In this document: piece after piece, positions 38,471 through 50,479 of the stretch
How positions within the stretch are numbered: position 1 is the first letter of the stretch
How the letters are laid out: the number at the start of each line of letters is the position of its first letter
NCBI GenBank assembly: GCA_002633005.1
Contig: NMRA01000977.1
Location: 17,679 to 81,678 of the forward strand
Reading direction: 5' to 3'
DNA length: 64,000 nt
DNA from: Phoronis australis
Taxonomy: Eukaryota > Animalia > Phoronida
The notes under the pieces: generated by a model
Seen by the model: the letters and a program-made list of their open reading frames with translations, nothing else
Database searches by the model: none
What the model was told of the DNA's origin: nothing
Program-made: the position numbers and the translations under genes

Positions 38471-39203
38471 CTTTCTGGGAGAGGGTGGTGGGGAAGGGAA
38501 GTATATTTTACAATCTAGTGTGAGAGAGGAGAGTTGTAAGGGTAATAATTATCACATAATCTATTTGTCAACCATGTTGAAAATGAGAGTGAGAGTGTAA
38601 GAGAAGGGATAGGTATTGCCATGACAACCAGTGTGATCACACTTACTACAGTATGAGAGGGAATGTGGGTTTTATCACACTTGTCACACTTCTGTTGTAT
38701 TACGTACGGTAAAGCCTAACTTCAATGGAATTTTATTATTTTAGGTGTATTGGGCTAACCAGATAGTCCTAGCAAAGCCTTAGTTAAATAAGAAAACCCA
38801 AGTTCAATCATGCAAATGTAAGCCTGTCAGATGAAAGGTGAAGCTGCCCTTTCCTACCCTGTTGCATGCATCACTGCAAGATCCCAGCTCAGTAACAAAA
38901 GGCTGTGTTGCATAGGGGTCTGAATAGAACACCATAGCCTGTGTGTGCTATTCGCAGCTGTTTGAATAAAAAGGTGATTCTTACGGTGATGTAGACAAAA
39001 ACAAGGCAATACGCATAACAGCTGGCAGTTTATAGCACTAGAGGGATCAGAGCGATGCTCTTAACGTATGACAGGAACCAAATTTACAGTTGTTACCATT
39101 GAAGATAGGCTTTAAGGTCTGTAGTTGTAAGAACCTTGTCACAAGTCAAACGTGTTGCATTGTTTTGCACTCACCGGAACTAGCCATAACTGTTGTTATG
39201 AAT

Positions 39204-39588
39204 CAGGGCTTGGAATTTTCCGCGGAAACGCGGATTTCCGCTTTTTTCAAATGTTCTGTCTGCGCATTTTATTATATTCCGCGTAAAAAAAATCGGATTT
39301 GATATAAAATTTCCGCGGCAAATTCTTTTTTACCGTGGCGTTGCCGACGAAGTTCACCTCGAAAAGCGGAAGTTGCTCTTTATGTTTCGGAGGAATGTAA
39401 ATTGTCGATATTGCCGGGGCATCTGGGATAGCGTGGTGGGATTTTCAATGGTGTCCCGTGTGATTGTAAACCGCGGTGACAAATACTACGGCGAAAGGTT
39501 CATATCGACTATTTCAAGTCCGGGTAGCGCACATGTTTTGGGCCTTAAACGTTTCCGCGTTTTTTGTCATTGGTCATTCCAAGCCCTG
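39204..39588 (+). mobile_element. Family B hAT-like MITE
   Basis: cagggcttggaat / attccaagccctg TIRs; flanks atgaat/ataaat. Confidence 0.85.
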
Positions 39589-39814
39589 ATAAATGTAAAC
39601 ATATTCTGTATTATTGCTTATCTTTGTTCTACGTAGTTTTCACCTGGACTATCGTTTTGTTTGTATCGCACCGCATTGTTTTGACTCGTAGTTCTGAGTT
39701 CGAATTCTTACATCGGCAAATTTTGATCCCGTGTGTCGAGTTCAAACTCCTAGGACGCGAGTCATTTCTGCAGCAAGACTACTCTTCATGAACTTTTTGT
39801 TATTCGAATGACGT

Positions 39815-40290
39815 TCAATTTTTATGTTGTGGAAAATGCATATTTGTCCCCTGTTTTACCAGGGATGGTATGGCTCACTGGTGAGGGTCAAGGAGTGAAC
39901 CCCTGGAGCTGCACGCATGTTCTTGTGTCCTCGGGCAAGGCACTTAACTAAACTGCCCCAGCGAACTCTGCTGTAAAAATTAGTTGCAGCCATGGTTGGA
40001 ATACATGTAATTGCAGTAGTGGACTAATGTTCTATCCAGGGTATTTCAATTTTTATGTTGTGGAAAACGCATATTTGTGCTTGTCCCCCCTGTCCTCTAT
40101 CAAGGATGGTATGGCTCACTGATGAGGGTCAAGGGGTGAACCCCCTGGAGCTGCACACATGTTCTTGTGTCCTTGGGCAAGGCACTTAACTAAACTGCCC
40201 CAGCGAACTCTGCTGTAAAAATGAGTTGCAGCCATGGTTGGAATACATGTAATTGCAGTAGTGAACTAATGTTCTATCCAGGGTTTTTCA
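39815..40290 (+). repeat. Two tandem ~230-bp units containing a SINE-like core
   Basis: Duplicated ttcaatttttatgttgtggaaaa...atccaggg; contains gtgtcc(t/c)tgggcaaggcactt, a motif common in invertebrate SINEs. Confidence 0.65.
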
Positions 40291-40569
40291 ATGACTTTCA
40301 TCGTGCTCAGTGAGTCTTATGGCTTGTGAAGGGTCCACTTTGTACTGGGCCCATCCATTGCCTTGTATTAGGTACTGTGAAGAGTTCATTGGTTCACATC
40401 TCTGGTCATTGTGGCTGGACATACACAGATCGTTGTCATTACAAGCATTGCACTGAACTAAATGTTATAGAATCAGACATGATGTTGGGAGTGGTCAGGC
40501 CTGATTAAATCTTGCCTTCAAACTGTGAATGCTATACATGTTTGCAGGGTCAGGTCTGCCTATTTACAA

Positions 40570-42170
40570 GGCCTGGGTCAAATGTTTCCCCTCAGGCCTG
40601 GACAAGCCTAATTAATTTCATAAAACTCCTGCTGGCAACCTGTGTTGAAGAGTGGAGTGCAGTCACTCTGATATGTCTTCAGGAAACAATATTAAGAAAT
40701 GACACTGGTTACTGAGGCCTCACTGAAGCTGCAAGTCCTGATGGGGCTTTTAAAAGACAACGGTGAATCTCATGACCTGCATTAAGACCCAGGGTTTACC
40801 TGAGCCTACGTAAAGCCTTGTATGGTCGCTGTGAGATCTATGCCTTCATAGGACTCCCAAAAAATGGACACCCAGTCCCCTGGGGCAGGACTGTGTCGAA
40901 TAAGGCCTGGGCAAAACAGTTTTGTAACTAGAGTGCATTCAACCCGGGCTGGCAACCTGTGGTGAAGAGAGAAATGCAAGCTCTTTAAAATGGCTTCAGG
41001 AGACAGTATAAAGATATGGCATGGTTACTGTGGCCTCACAGTAGCCTCAAGTTCCGACGGAGCTTGTAAAAGACAACGCTAAATCTCATGACATAAGATC
41101 CAGCCCTCTGTGGTCGTGCGAGATCTGTGCCTTCATATGACTCGCAAAAAATGGAGACCCAGTCCCCTGGGGCAGGACTGTGTCCAATAAGGCCTGGACA
41201 AAACAGTTTGTAACTAGAGTGCATTCAACCCGGGCTGGCAACCTGTGGTGAAGAAAGAAATGGAAGCTCTTTAAAATGGCTTCAGGAGACAGTATAATGG
41301 CATGGTTACTGTGGCCTCACAGTAGCCTCAAGTTCCGACGGAGCTTGTAAAAGACCACGCTAAATCTCATGACATAAGATCCAGCCCCCTGTGGTCGTGC
41401 GAGATCTGTGCCTTCATATGACTCGCAAAAAATGGACACCCAGTCCCCTGGGGCAGGACTGTGTCCAATAAGGCCTGGACAAAACAGTTTGTAACTAGAA
41501 TGCATTCAACCCGGGCTGGCAACCTGTGGTGAAGAAAGAAATGGAAGCTCTTTAAAATGGCTTCAGGAGACAGTATAATGGCATGGTTACTGTGGCCTCA
41601 CAGTAGCCTCAAGTTCCGACGGAGCTTGTAAAAGACAACGCTAAATCTCATGACATAAGATCCAGCCCTCTGTGGTCGTGCGAGATCTGTGCCTTCATAT
41701 GACTCGCAAAAAATGGACACCCAGTCCCCTCGGGCAGGACTGTGTCCAATAAGGCCTGGACAAAACAGTTTGTAACTAGAGTGCATTCAACCCGGGCTGG
41801 CAACCTGTGGTGAAGAAAGAAATGGAAGCTCTTTAAAATGGCTTCAGGAGACAGTATAATGGCATGGTTACTGTGGCCTCACAGTAGCCTCAAGTTCCGA
41901 CGGAGCTCGTAAAAGACAACGCTGAATGTCATGACATAAGATCTAACTGTCTGTGGTCGCTGTGAGATCTGTGCCTTCACAGAACTTACAAAAATGGAAA
42001 CCCATTCCAAGGAGCAGCAATGTCTCGTTAAAATAGTTTGCAGAAAGGCCTGGGCAAAACGGTTTGTAACTGAGTGCATTCAACCCGGGCTGGCAACCTG
42101 TGGTTAACCAGGAGACTGTAAAAAGATGTGGCATACGTTACTGTGGCCTCACAGTAGCCGCAAGCTCTGA
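40570..42170. repeat. 281-bp tandem satellite, ~5.5 copies with degenerate edges
   Basis: Repeated ORF ends at 41036, 41317, 41598 and 41879 (period 281); central units are near-identical. Confidence 0.92.
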
Positions 42171-42654
42171 TGTGCTTGTAAAAAACCAACATTTAGTCTT
42201 GTGCAGGCTTGCAGTTATTGGCGCACGTTTCTGATGTATATGTCGGTCAAACGACGAGTTCCGCCTCAGACCACCCACTGGACACTTCCCTGTCATGTTT
42301 CACTCACATGTTTGACATCATGATCAATTGCACCAAGTCTCTTATTCTTAGGCTTCACAGTCATGTATTCATCATGCTTTGTATGCAAAGATAAACAGCT
42401 GTTGTTAGTGTTCATTCTTTTCAGCATGACTTGCTTTGAGTGTTCCTTGTAACATGATTTTACCTTCACCTGATAATGCTGATTGCAATTATTATCATCT
42501 CTGTTGAAGTTAGTGTCAACACATTATACCTTGTCAGTAATTGGACAATTAATGTTTTCTGAGGTGATGCTAAATTTTACAATACTCATCATTTGTTGTG
42601 AAGTGTTGGTACTGTAATGATGAATTCTGTGTGTGCTTTGATTTAGGGGTCATG

Positions 42655-42915
42655 TTGTCTGATTACTGTACACTGTCATGTCTGATTACTGTACACTGTC
42701 ATGTCTGATTACTGTACACTGTCATGTCTGATTACTGTACACTGTCATGTCTGATTACTGTACACTGTCACGTTGTCTGATTACTGTACACTGTCATGTC
42801 TGATTACTGTACACTGTCACGTCTGATTACTGTACACTGTCATGTCTGATTACTGTACACTGTCATGTCTGATTACTGTACACTGTCGCGTTGTCTGATT
42901 ACTGTACACTGTCAT
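42655..42915. repeat. 23-bp minisatellite (atgtctgattactgtacactgtc) x ~11
   Basis: Direct inspection; gattact recurs every 23 bp. Confidence 0.95.
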
Positions 42916-43114
42916 CTCCACGGATATCTTGTGCTTTTGAAACTTACTTATTCTTCTTACTCGCCATAAGTCATTCACATCAAGGGACCTATGTCCTGTA
43001 CTGTAAGATATCAATGTGCCGATTTAGTATGTCACATATATGCACATGTATGCACTCCCAAGTTTGGGTAAGAGGGCTCCAACATTCTGACTGAATTTTT
43101 GTAATCTGCCAGTG

Positions 43115-43325
43115 ATCTGGGTAGCTCAGTGGACTAGAGTGTCTGCTATAGTCCGGGTTCGACCCCAAGTTGGACAGACCTCTTTTGAGACTTAACAATT
43201 GTTAGTTGTTACGGGATGAGATGTCCCTTTTATAGGTCTGATTGAATTTCTGTCATCAACCGACCATCCTGATGCTCAGTGTACTAGAGTGTCTGCATGG
43301 TTTCGAGCCCTGGTCGGGACAGAAA
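43115..43325 (+). mobile_element. tRNA-derived SINE heads (two degenerate copies)
   Basis: A-box tagctcagtgg and B-box ggttcgacccc at 43121-43166; a second copy gctcagtgtactagagtgtctgc..ttcgagccc lies at ~43274. Confidence 0.5.
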
Positions 43326-44555
43326 TCTTATCAAACTTTCGAGTCTCATCCACTCACAGATGTCCTTAGACCAACTTGCGCTTGTGTAACTTACCCCACC
43401 TTTACATGGAGAGTCCACACGTACACACACACACCCCCACACCCACACATGATTACTAGGGTAAGGTGGAAGTTGTCGCTCTGTGCGTGACAATGAACAG
43501 CTGATGCGAATAGAGCATGCAAGAGAAGACTCGTCTATATAACCACTGCTGTTCATTACTTCCACCTTGCCCAAGGTTCGCGACCATATGGTGATCAGAA
43601 GTGGTGCAAGTTACCTAGAACAAGTTGCTCTACTTGAATAAGGTGGAGTAAGTTGTCACAAGTAACGTAAGTTGCACTAGTTCAATTAGCACACACTGCC
43701 TCCAAACCTAGTGTCAACTTGCTCCAGGAGTAAGTTGTTCTAGGGCAAGTCGGTGTGTGGACTGCACTCGGGTCATGTGATGTGAGTGACATGCGGTGTG
43801 TAAGAAGACCCATGATTCTTAATTGTAATGTTACAGTGCTGTTTTTTTTTGGCAGCTGAATTACTTACAGCTTTCAGGGTTCCCCCTGGGTTTCGAAATA
43901 TTCATGGTGGGGAATGGTTCTGGTAGATGCCGAGACAGATGCCACATTCAAGTGTAATTGTGTGATCTGGGTGTATGAAGTGGTCACGCCAGGAGAAGGC
44001 TTCTGTGCCCGGTTGAATGAAAAAGTCGCAGACGGAGACTACAAAGTTCCCTGAATCTACTGCGGACTTCATGCAACACCCCTAATTTAAGGACTCGGGG
44101 GGGGGCCCCTTATTACTTAGTTCTTAGTTATATTGTTAGACGTCATTAGTAAAAAAGGAGCTCAAAACGAAGATATAATAATAGAAAAAATAATACATTT
44201 GTGAGTAAAGAATGAAACTAATACGCAAAAGAACTTAGTTGGGTCTCTATGTCATGGAATCGGGCTTTGATTAATATTGAATTGGATGTTTTATGAGTTT
44301 ATGTTTGACTTTATTAACAAGTGTGTGTGTATAGCCAAATAACAAAACACCAGATTTCAACTCACAAATCCAATTGTACATTTCTGAGATGATCTAAATT
44401 TGTCTTACATTACCTCAAGGATATTTTTGTTGAAGATTTTGACAAAATGCAATGTCATGCGTGCTTAATTGGTGATGAGTTGGTCTTGTTCCTTACTCAG
44501 AATAGTTAGGTCTTGCGTTAGTGTGGACTGACAGTTCATTATTACTTGAGGTGAG

Positions 44556-44870
44556 GCACAGTAAAATGACTGGTCATTTTGAGCGTTGAGAACGTTAAAG
44601 CACAGTAAAATGACTGGTCATTTTGAGCGTTGAGAGCGTTAAAGCACTGTAAAATGACTGGTCATTTTGAGCGTTGAGAACGTTAAAGCACTGTAAAATG
44701 ACTGGTCATTTTGAGCGTTGAGAGCGTTAAGACACTGTAAAATGACTGGTCATTTTGAGCGTTGAGAACGTTAAAGCACTGTAAAATGACTGGTCATTTT
44801 GAGCGTTGAGAGCGTTAAGGCACTGTAAAATGACTGGTCATTTTGGGCGTTGAGAGCATTAAGGCACTGC
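44556..44870. repeat. 44-bp tandem repeat x7 with an internal palindrome
   Basis: Unit gcac(a/t)gtaaaatgactggtcattttgagcgttgaga(a/g)cgttaa; contains the hairpin aaaatgac-tg-gtcatttt. Confidence 0.95.
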
Positions 44871-45042
44871 CCAAGCAGTACTCCATACTGGTCGACTAGG
44901 GCTTCCATATTGCTTTCATTGCACAAAGTAAATATATGTCTGCATTCTGTAGATGCAGGAACTCGCATAAATGTAATACGGTAGTTCCTCAAGTTTACAA
45001 GATGTCATGCATTATAAACAAAGCACGTGATCTCGCCATTGT

Positions 45043-45175
45043 CTTGCATCTGTGGAAAGCAACTTGCACCTGTAACTTGCATCTATGGAAAGCAACTTGC
45101 ACCTGTAACTTGCATCTATGGAAAGCAACTCACACCTGTAACTTGCATCTATGGAAAGCAACTCGCACCTGTAAC
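45043..45175. repeat. 33-bp VNTR x4
   Basis: Unit cttgcatctatggaaagcaacttgcacctgtaa. Confidence 0.9.
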
Positions 45176-45586
45176 CCTCATTGAGTCTCACCTCCAGTAA
45201 TCGTGAATTGTCAGTTACCTATTTCTGTTGTAGAAGTCATGCTCATCGCGTACCTTACAAGAAGACACAACTCGTTTGCCGAGGGTTCATGTGAGATGTC
45301 CTGCTGGAAAATGATTCTCTTGTCTGTTATGCTGACAAACTTCGAGATCTCAGTGGTATAGTTACTCATAATGTAGAGCTCCCATGTGATGCCATTTTTA
45401 AATTTTTTTTGCATCCACAGCTGTATTTCCTAAACATCTCGTTGCTAACAATTGCATTCATGTATGAAAATAGCAAGACATCACAACTTTTTTGGATGGA
45501 TCTGGCTAATACTGTGTCTTCTAGTGGCAATTCCATTTTTTCTTTTGCCTCTTTATCTTTTTATGGAGGTGGAAGATCTCTTTTTN

Positions 45587-46255
45587 ACATTAAAGCACTG
45601 TAAATGACTGGTCATTTTGAGCGTTGAGAGCATTAAGGCACTGCCCAAGTAGTACTCCATACTGGTCGACTAGGGCTTCCATATTGCTTTCATTGCACAA
45701 AGTAAATATATGTCTGCATTCTGTAGATGCAGGAACTCGCATAAATGTAATAGTTCCTCAAGTCTACAAGATGTCATGCATTATAAAAAAAGCATGTGAT
45801 CTGGCCATTGTCTTGCATCTATGGAAAGCAACTCGCACCTGTAACCCTCATTGAGTCTCACCTCCAGTAATCGTGAATTGTCAGTTACCTATTTCTGTTG
45901 TAGAAGTCATGCTCATCGAGTACCTTAGAAGAAGACACAACTCGTTTGCCGAGGGTTCATGTGAGATGTCCTGCTGGAAAATGATTCTCTTGTCTGTTAT
46001 GCTGACAGACTTCGAGATCTCAGTGGTATAGTTACTCATAATGTAGAGCTCCCATGTGATGCCATTTTTAAATTTTTTTTGCATCCACAGCTGTATTTCC
46101 TAAACATCTCGTTGCTAACAATTGCATTCATGTATGAAAATAGCAAGACATCACAACTTTTTTGGATGGATCTGGCTAATACTGTGTCTTCTAGTGGCAA
46201 TTCCATTTTTTCTTTTGCCTCTTTATCTTTTTATGGAGGTGGAAGATCTCTTTTT
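45587..46255. repeat. Duplicate of ~44815-45585 across the N at 45586 (probable allelic overlap)
   Basis: Near-identical sequence and duplicated ORF calls. Confidence 0.85.
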
Positions 46256-47061
46256 CAGACGAGTTCAACATGTGCATCGCCTTGCAAACATTTTTATAAA
46301 TCAAAATTTTTTCACTAGCTTAAATTCTTTTGAAACTTCATTTCATAGGCAACACAGTGAAGAGATACATGATCGTTTGCCAGAGTTTTGCAATTATTGG
46401 GTCATAACATTGTCAACCAATCTGACATAACGAGTCATAATACAGAATGCCATGTGTGGAAGAAATGGTACATATTTGATGACACATGATGTATGTCTGC
46501 TTCTTTGTTACAGATTTAACAATTGGTTCTCAAAACTGCTACTTAAGACGGATTCTGTTCTTAAACCTGCTGTGGTACAGAATGAGGTATTGCCAGAACT
46601 GGCTCGTAGGATGAATTATGGCGCAGTATTGGCAGAGCTGGCTCGTAGGATGCAATATGGCGCAGTATATGGCGCAGTATGCAGCTGTAAGGGTTGGGCC
46701 TGTTTTCACATACTTAACTGTTATAAAAATTGAGAATCGAGATGTGACATATGGATGCAATGACGTAGTTTGAGTGGCACAAAGAGTGATGAGAATGTGA
46801 GCAGAAAAACCAGGGTGCACCTTTTTAATGTAATTATACATCACTTGACAAGTCCTGACATTTCTAACTTGCTTACTTTGTGCAGCTTTATCAGCAAAGA
46901 AAAACTGGATGAAATCGATGGAGGAGGCATTATTTTTATACTTTATTTAATGAGCTCTAGAAGTGAGTGCATCAGAACTAACTATAGTTGTTAGGTCATA
47001 TACAGTGCCTGGATTTTCTGTAGATAAGCCCTGTCGGAAAATTATGCTGAATAATCGCTTA

Positions 47062-48238
47062 CCGTATTCGCCGTAATAGCCGCCCGTACCCCTATAAGCG
47101 CCTCCCACGCGTTTTCAGACTTTGCTAAACTAAGCACCCAGTCGATGAACGTGTACGTGCGAAAAATGCCTTGCCTACAGTCCTAAAATTCTACAGTAAC
47201 GTCTTCATTTTATCAATATCCGACCGTCCTGAAAAAATCATTGTGCGCAGAATTTGTAGACCACGAGCCTCGCCGCTATGTCGGTATTTAGCCGTGACTA
47301 TACACTTCAAACTTCCGCCATGCCTCAAAACGAACACAAAAGTTCTGCTGATATTGCGAGGACTAATGTTCTGGCCTTTCAGAACAGAAGTAGTGTACTT
47401 GTCAACGGGATTGACTTGTAGATATTTCCCGCTTTCAACAGGAATCAAAATTTCTTTGTAGGTCTACACGTGAAAACTGCTAATAGTAGACTAATGAAAA
47501 GCTTGGCCATTGTTAAAAGGACGTGGCCAGGAAGCGCGCGCTACGTACATTAACCTGTCATCAAAGACATTAGTCTGGAACTATCCATTTATGAAACTGG
47601 TAGCATAGCATCGGCAAGAAATGAATATTGGCACTAATTTCCGACAGTTTCTAATGCTATAAAAATGTTTGCGTTATTTTTAAGATGAATTGTTTGATTA
47701 ACCAATGCAGACAACTTCAAAACAAACGTTGCGTGACAACAACGTGTGTTCGTCCAGACATTTTTCTCATGTTGCTGATCATACATGTAGATGGCACGAT
47801 GTACTACCACAGATTTGTACTTAAACCTGCCTTGATCCCGTATCCACGGGAACTTAAAAATCTTAGGGACGGTACTTGGAAAACTTAAGGAGGTTCTCGG
47901 GTAATTTGCTTAAGTCGAAACTATTTTTATTCAAGCATTCAAGTCGCCATATCAACGATTGCGAGGCAGGCAGTCGGTGAGTTTTTGCCCTGGGATTGCA
48001 GCACAATTTTCTGTAAAATGATCGTAATGTAGCAGCAAAGTTTGATAGCAATGCACTACGGTTTTGTAGAAAATCTTTCATAGATTACAGATACGTCACA
48101 GATCGTAGATATGATGAATCTTAGCTTCCGATTTCACCCGTTTTGGAGACCGGGTTACAACGGCCTTGGGTTATAATAATAGCCCCTCCCGAAACGAACT
48201 TTTCTAAGCGCCCTGGGTGGTTATTACGGTGAATACGG
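47062..48238 (-). mobile_element. Family A pogo-like element, full length
   Basis: TA-ccgtattcgccgtaatagccgcc ... ggtggttattacggtgaatacgg-TA; empty paralogous site at ~27400. Confidence 0.88.
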
Positions 48239-48923
48239 TAGTTTAATAGCATCTGCTGTCAAGTGTCTATATAGTGAGGCTTTCATTTGGAAAATTTCTT
48301 CTTAAAAGCCCACTCATTGGACCAAGTATAAAGCACAAATTCAATTTTGTGGAGCATTTATCATTTATAAACATGGACAAAGTGTTCGCAACCTATGTAT
48401 TTATTAACGTAAAATTAAAAGGCGCAGTTTTATGTTAAAAACCAGCGCAGGCTGACTTTCCATTCTGCATGCTTCCCTTTGGGAAGAAACGTGTAAGTGT
48501 TAATTTGGTGTTATTGAAACGTTTGATAATTTTAATTCTCCAAATACACGCCCGTGCGCTTATTTACGGAAAATCCCGGTAAGTTCCTCATTTCCCATAT
48601 GTATGATTCATCTCGTTTCAATGACTGTAGGTGACAGCATGACTGACCAGAAGCTGCAACTGAAGAAGTGGACCATTAGTTGGATGACATCACATGGATA
48701 ATGGCATGAGAACCACATGTACTGAAGCACTCACTTGCTGTACATCTATAGGCTGTGTTGTGGTTTGTTAACTATAAATATTTAAGGCAAATGCCAATTC
48801 TTGGCAAGTTTTAGTTGTTCCCACATTCATACAGTGCAAGTCAGGGCACTGGTCACATTTCTTCAAAGGTACTCCTACATGTTTGGTAATGTTCAAATAT
48901 TTCAGTTTGTCAACTTTCTAAAN

Positions 48924-49456
48924 GACCTATGTATTTATTAACGTAAAATTAAAAGGCGCAGTTTTATGTTAAAAACCAGCGTAGGCTGACTTTCCATTCT
49001 GCATGCTTCCCTTTGGGAAGATACATGCAGGCGTTAATTTGGTGTTATTGAAACGTTTGATAATTTTAATTCTCCAAATACACGCCCGTGCACTTATTTA
49101 CAGAAAATCCCGGTAAGTTCCTCATTTCCCATATGTATGATTCATCTCGTTTCAATGACCGCAGGTGGCAGCATGACTGACCAGAAGCTGCAACTGAAGA
49201 AGTGGACCATTAGTTGGATGACATCACATGAATAATGGCATGAGAACCACATGCACTGAAGCACTCACTTGCTGTACATCTATAGGCTGTGTTGTGGTTT
49301 GTTAACTATATACATTTAAGGCAAATGCCAATTCTTGGCAAGTTTTAGTTGTTCCCACATTCATACAGTGCAAGTCAGGGCACTGGTCACATTTCTTCAA
49401 AGGTACTCCTACATGTTTGGTAATGTTCAAATATTTCAGTTTGTCTACTTTCTAAA
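48924..49456. repeat. Duplicate of ~48390-48922 across the N at 48923
   Basis: Near-identical ~530 bp on both sides of the single N. Confidence 0.85.
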
Positions 49457-50034
49457 GCCTGTGATTAATATAGTGTTGCATAGTATCGGTACTTATCTCA
49501 TTATTTTATGGTGAAAATGATTGTGACATGCTTAGCAAATGAACATAATTCAAAGTTGTTTTTGTTCATCAACAGAATAGGAAGCTTAGGACTTGAAAAT
49601 GATATACAATTTACTCTACGATTGAATTTTTGGTCAAAGAGATCCTTGGGTTTTCAACATTTTTTAACATTCTGCTATCAGTGAATCACACTTGCTCTGG
49701 GCCGTGTTATGTAGATGCAAGTCTATTGTAGGAGATGTTGGTTATCATGAACTTCGCTTTCTTATTTTGCAAAAACTTGTGTGTTTTTGAATTTGTAAGA
49801 GTTCTTGTGTTAACAATAAGCAGGCCTGGTTTATATGTGTGGTTACATTAGGTGATCATTTATCATCTGCAGAAAATAACAGATTAATTTCACTTGCAGG
49901 TGATAAACAAGACCACTGGTGTGGAGGAGAGCAGGTGACAGTTGGGAATTCCTCTGTGTAATTGGAGGTGAAAGGCATTTAATAACGGTAAGTTGTAATT
50001 ATGGCAAATTTATGCTATTGAGTGTTCTACTTAA

Positions 50035-50478
50035 AGGAGAATGCCACCCCAAAAACATCCTATTTTGTATCAATTTAGATAAAGTAGTTCTACTCGATAA
50101 TGGCACATTCGGTTGTGTTACCTGACGGCAGACGGAGGTGTTGAACTTATCCAATGTTGTAATTGGTTTCACACGCACAGTCTGTTCATCAGTTCACAAC
50201 ACGGATTAGTGGTGTCAGCTTGTCGCTAAAATTCATCGTTTAACACCAATAAATCATCAAACTTCGATGTAAAACCCTTGAAAATACACAGAGATCTTAT
50301 AAAAACGTGTTGTTTTATTTCGCTCTTACGGATTTACTGGTATTTGGACACACGGTAACCTACGAAGTTCGGCAGGCCAATTTACCAAGGTCTGTCATAG
50401 TGAGGAGTTATGAGATAAATTCGAAGCATTCTTACATGAAATACAGACAGGAGAACCTAGATCTGTGTTATACTTGTG
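50035..50478 (+). mobile_element. Kolobok-like non-autonomous element, partial
   Basis: TTAA-aggagaatgccacccc; the paralogous empty TTAA is at 31351-31354. Related to 8400-8878 and 61808. Confidence 0.7.
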
Positions 50479-50479
50479 A

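Noticed and set aside
41036-42079. Four repeated 62-66 aa ORFs as a gene family
   Set aside because: By-product of the 281-bp satellite; no coding signal.
43115-43180. tRNA gene
   Set aside because: A/B boxes are present but no complete cloverleaf; better explained as a SINE head.
44556-44870. CRISPR-like palindromic repeat array
   Set aside because: The intervening sequences are near-identical rather than unique spacers, there are no cas genes, and the context is eukaryotic.
48390-49456. Biological tandem duplication
   Set aside because: The copies meet exactly at a single N, as at 15079 and 45586, so an uncollapsed haplotype overlap is more likely.
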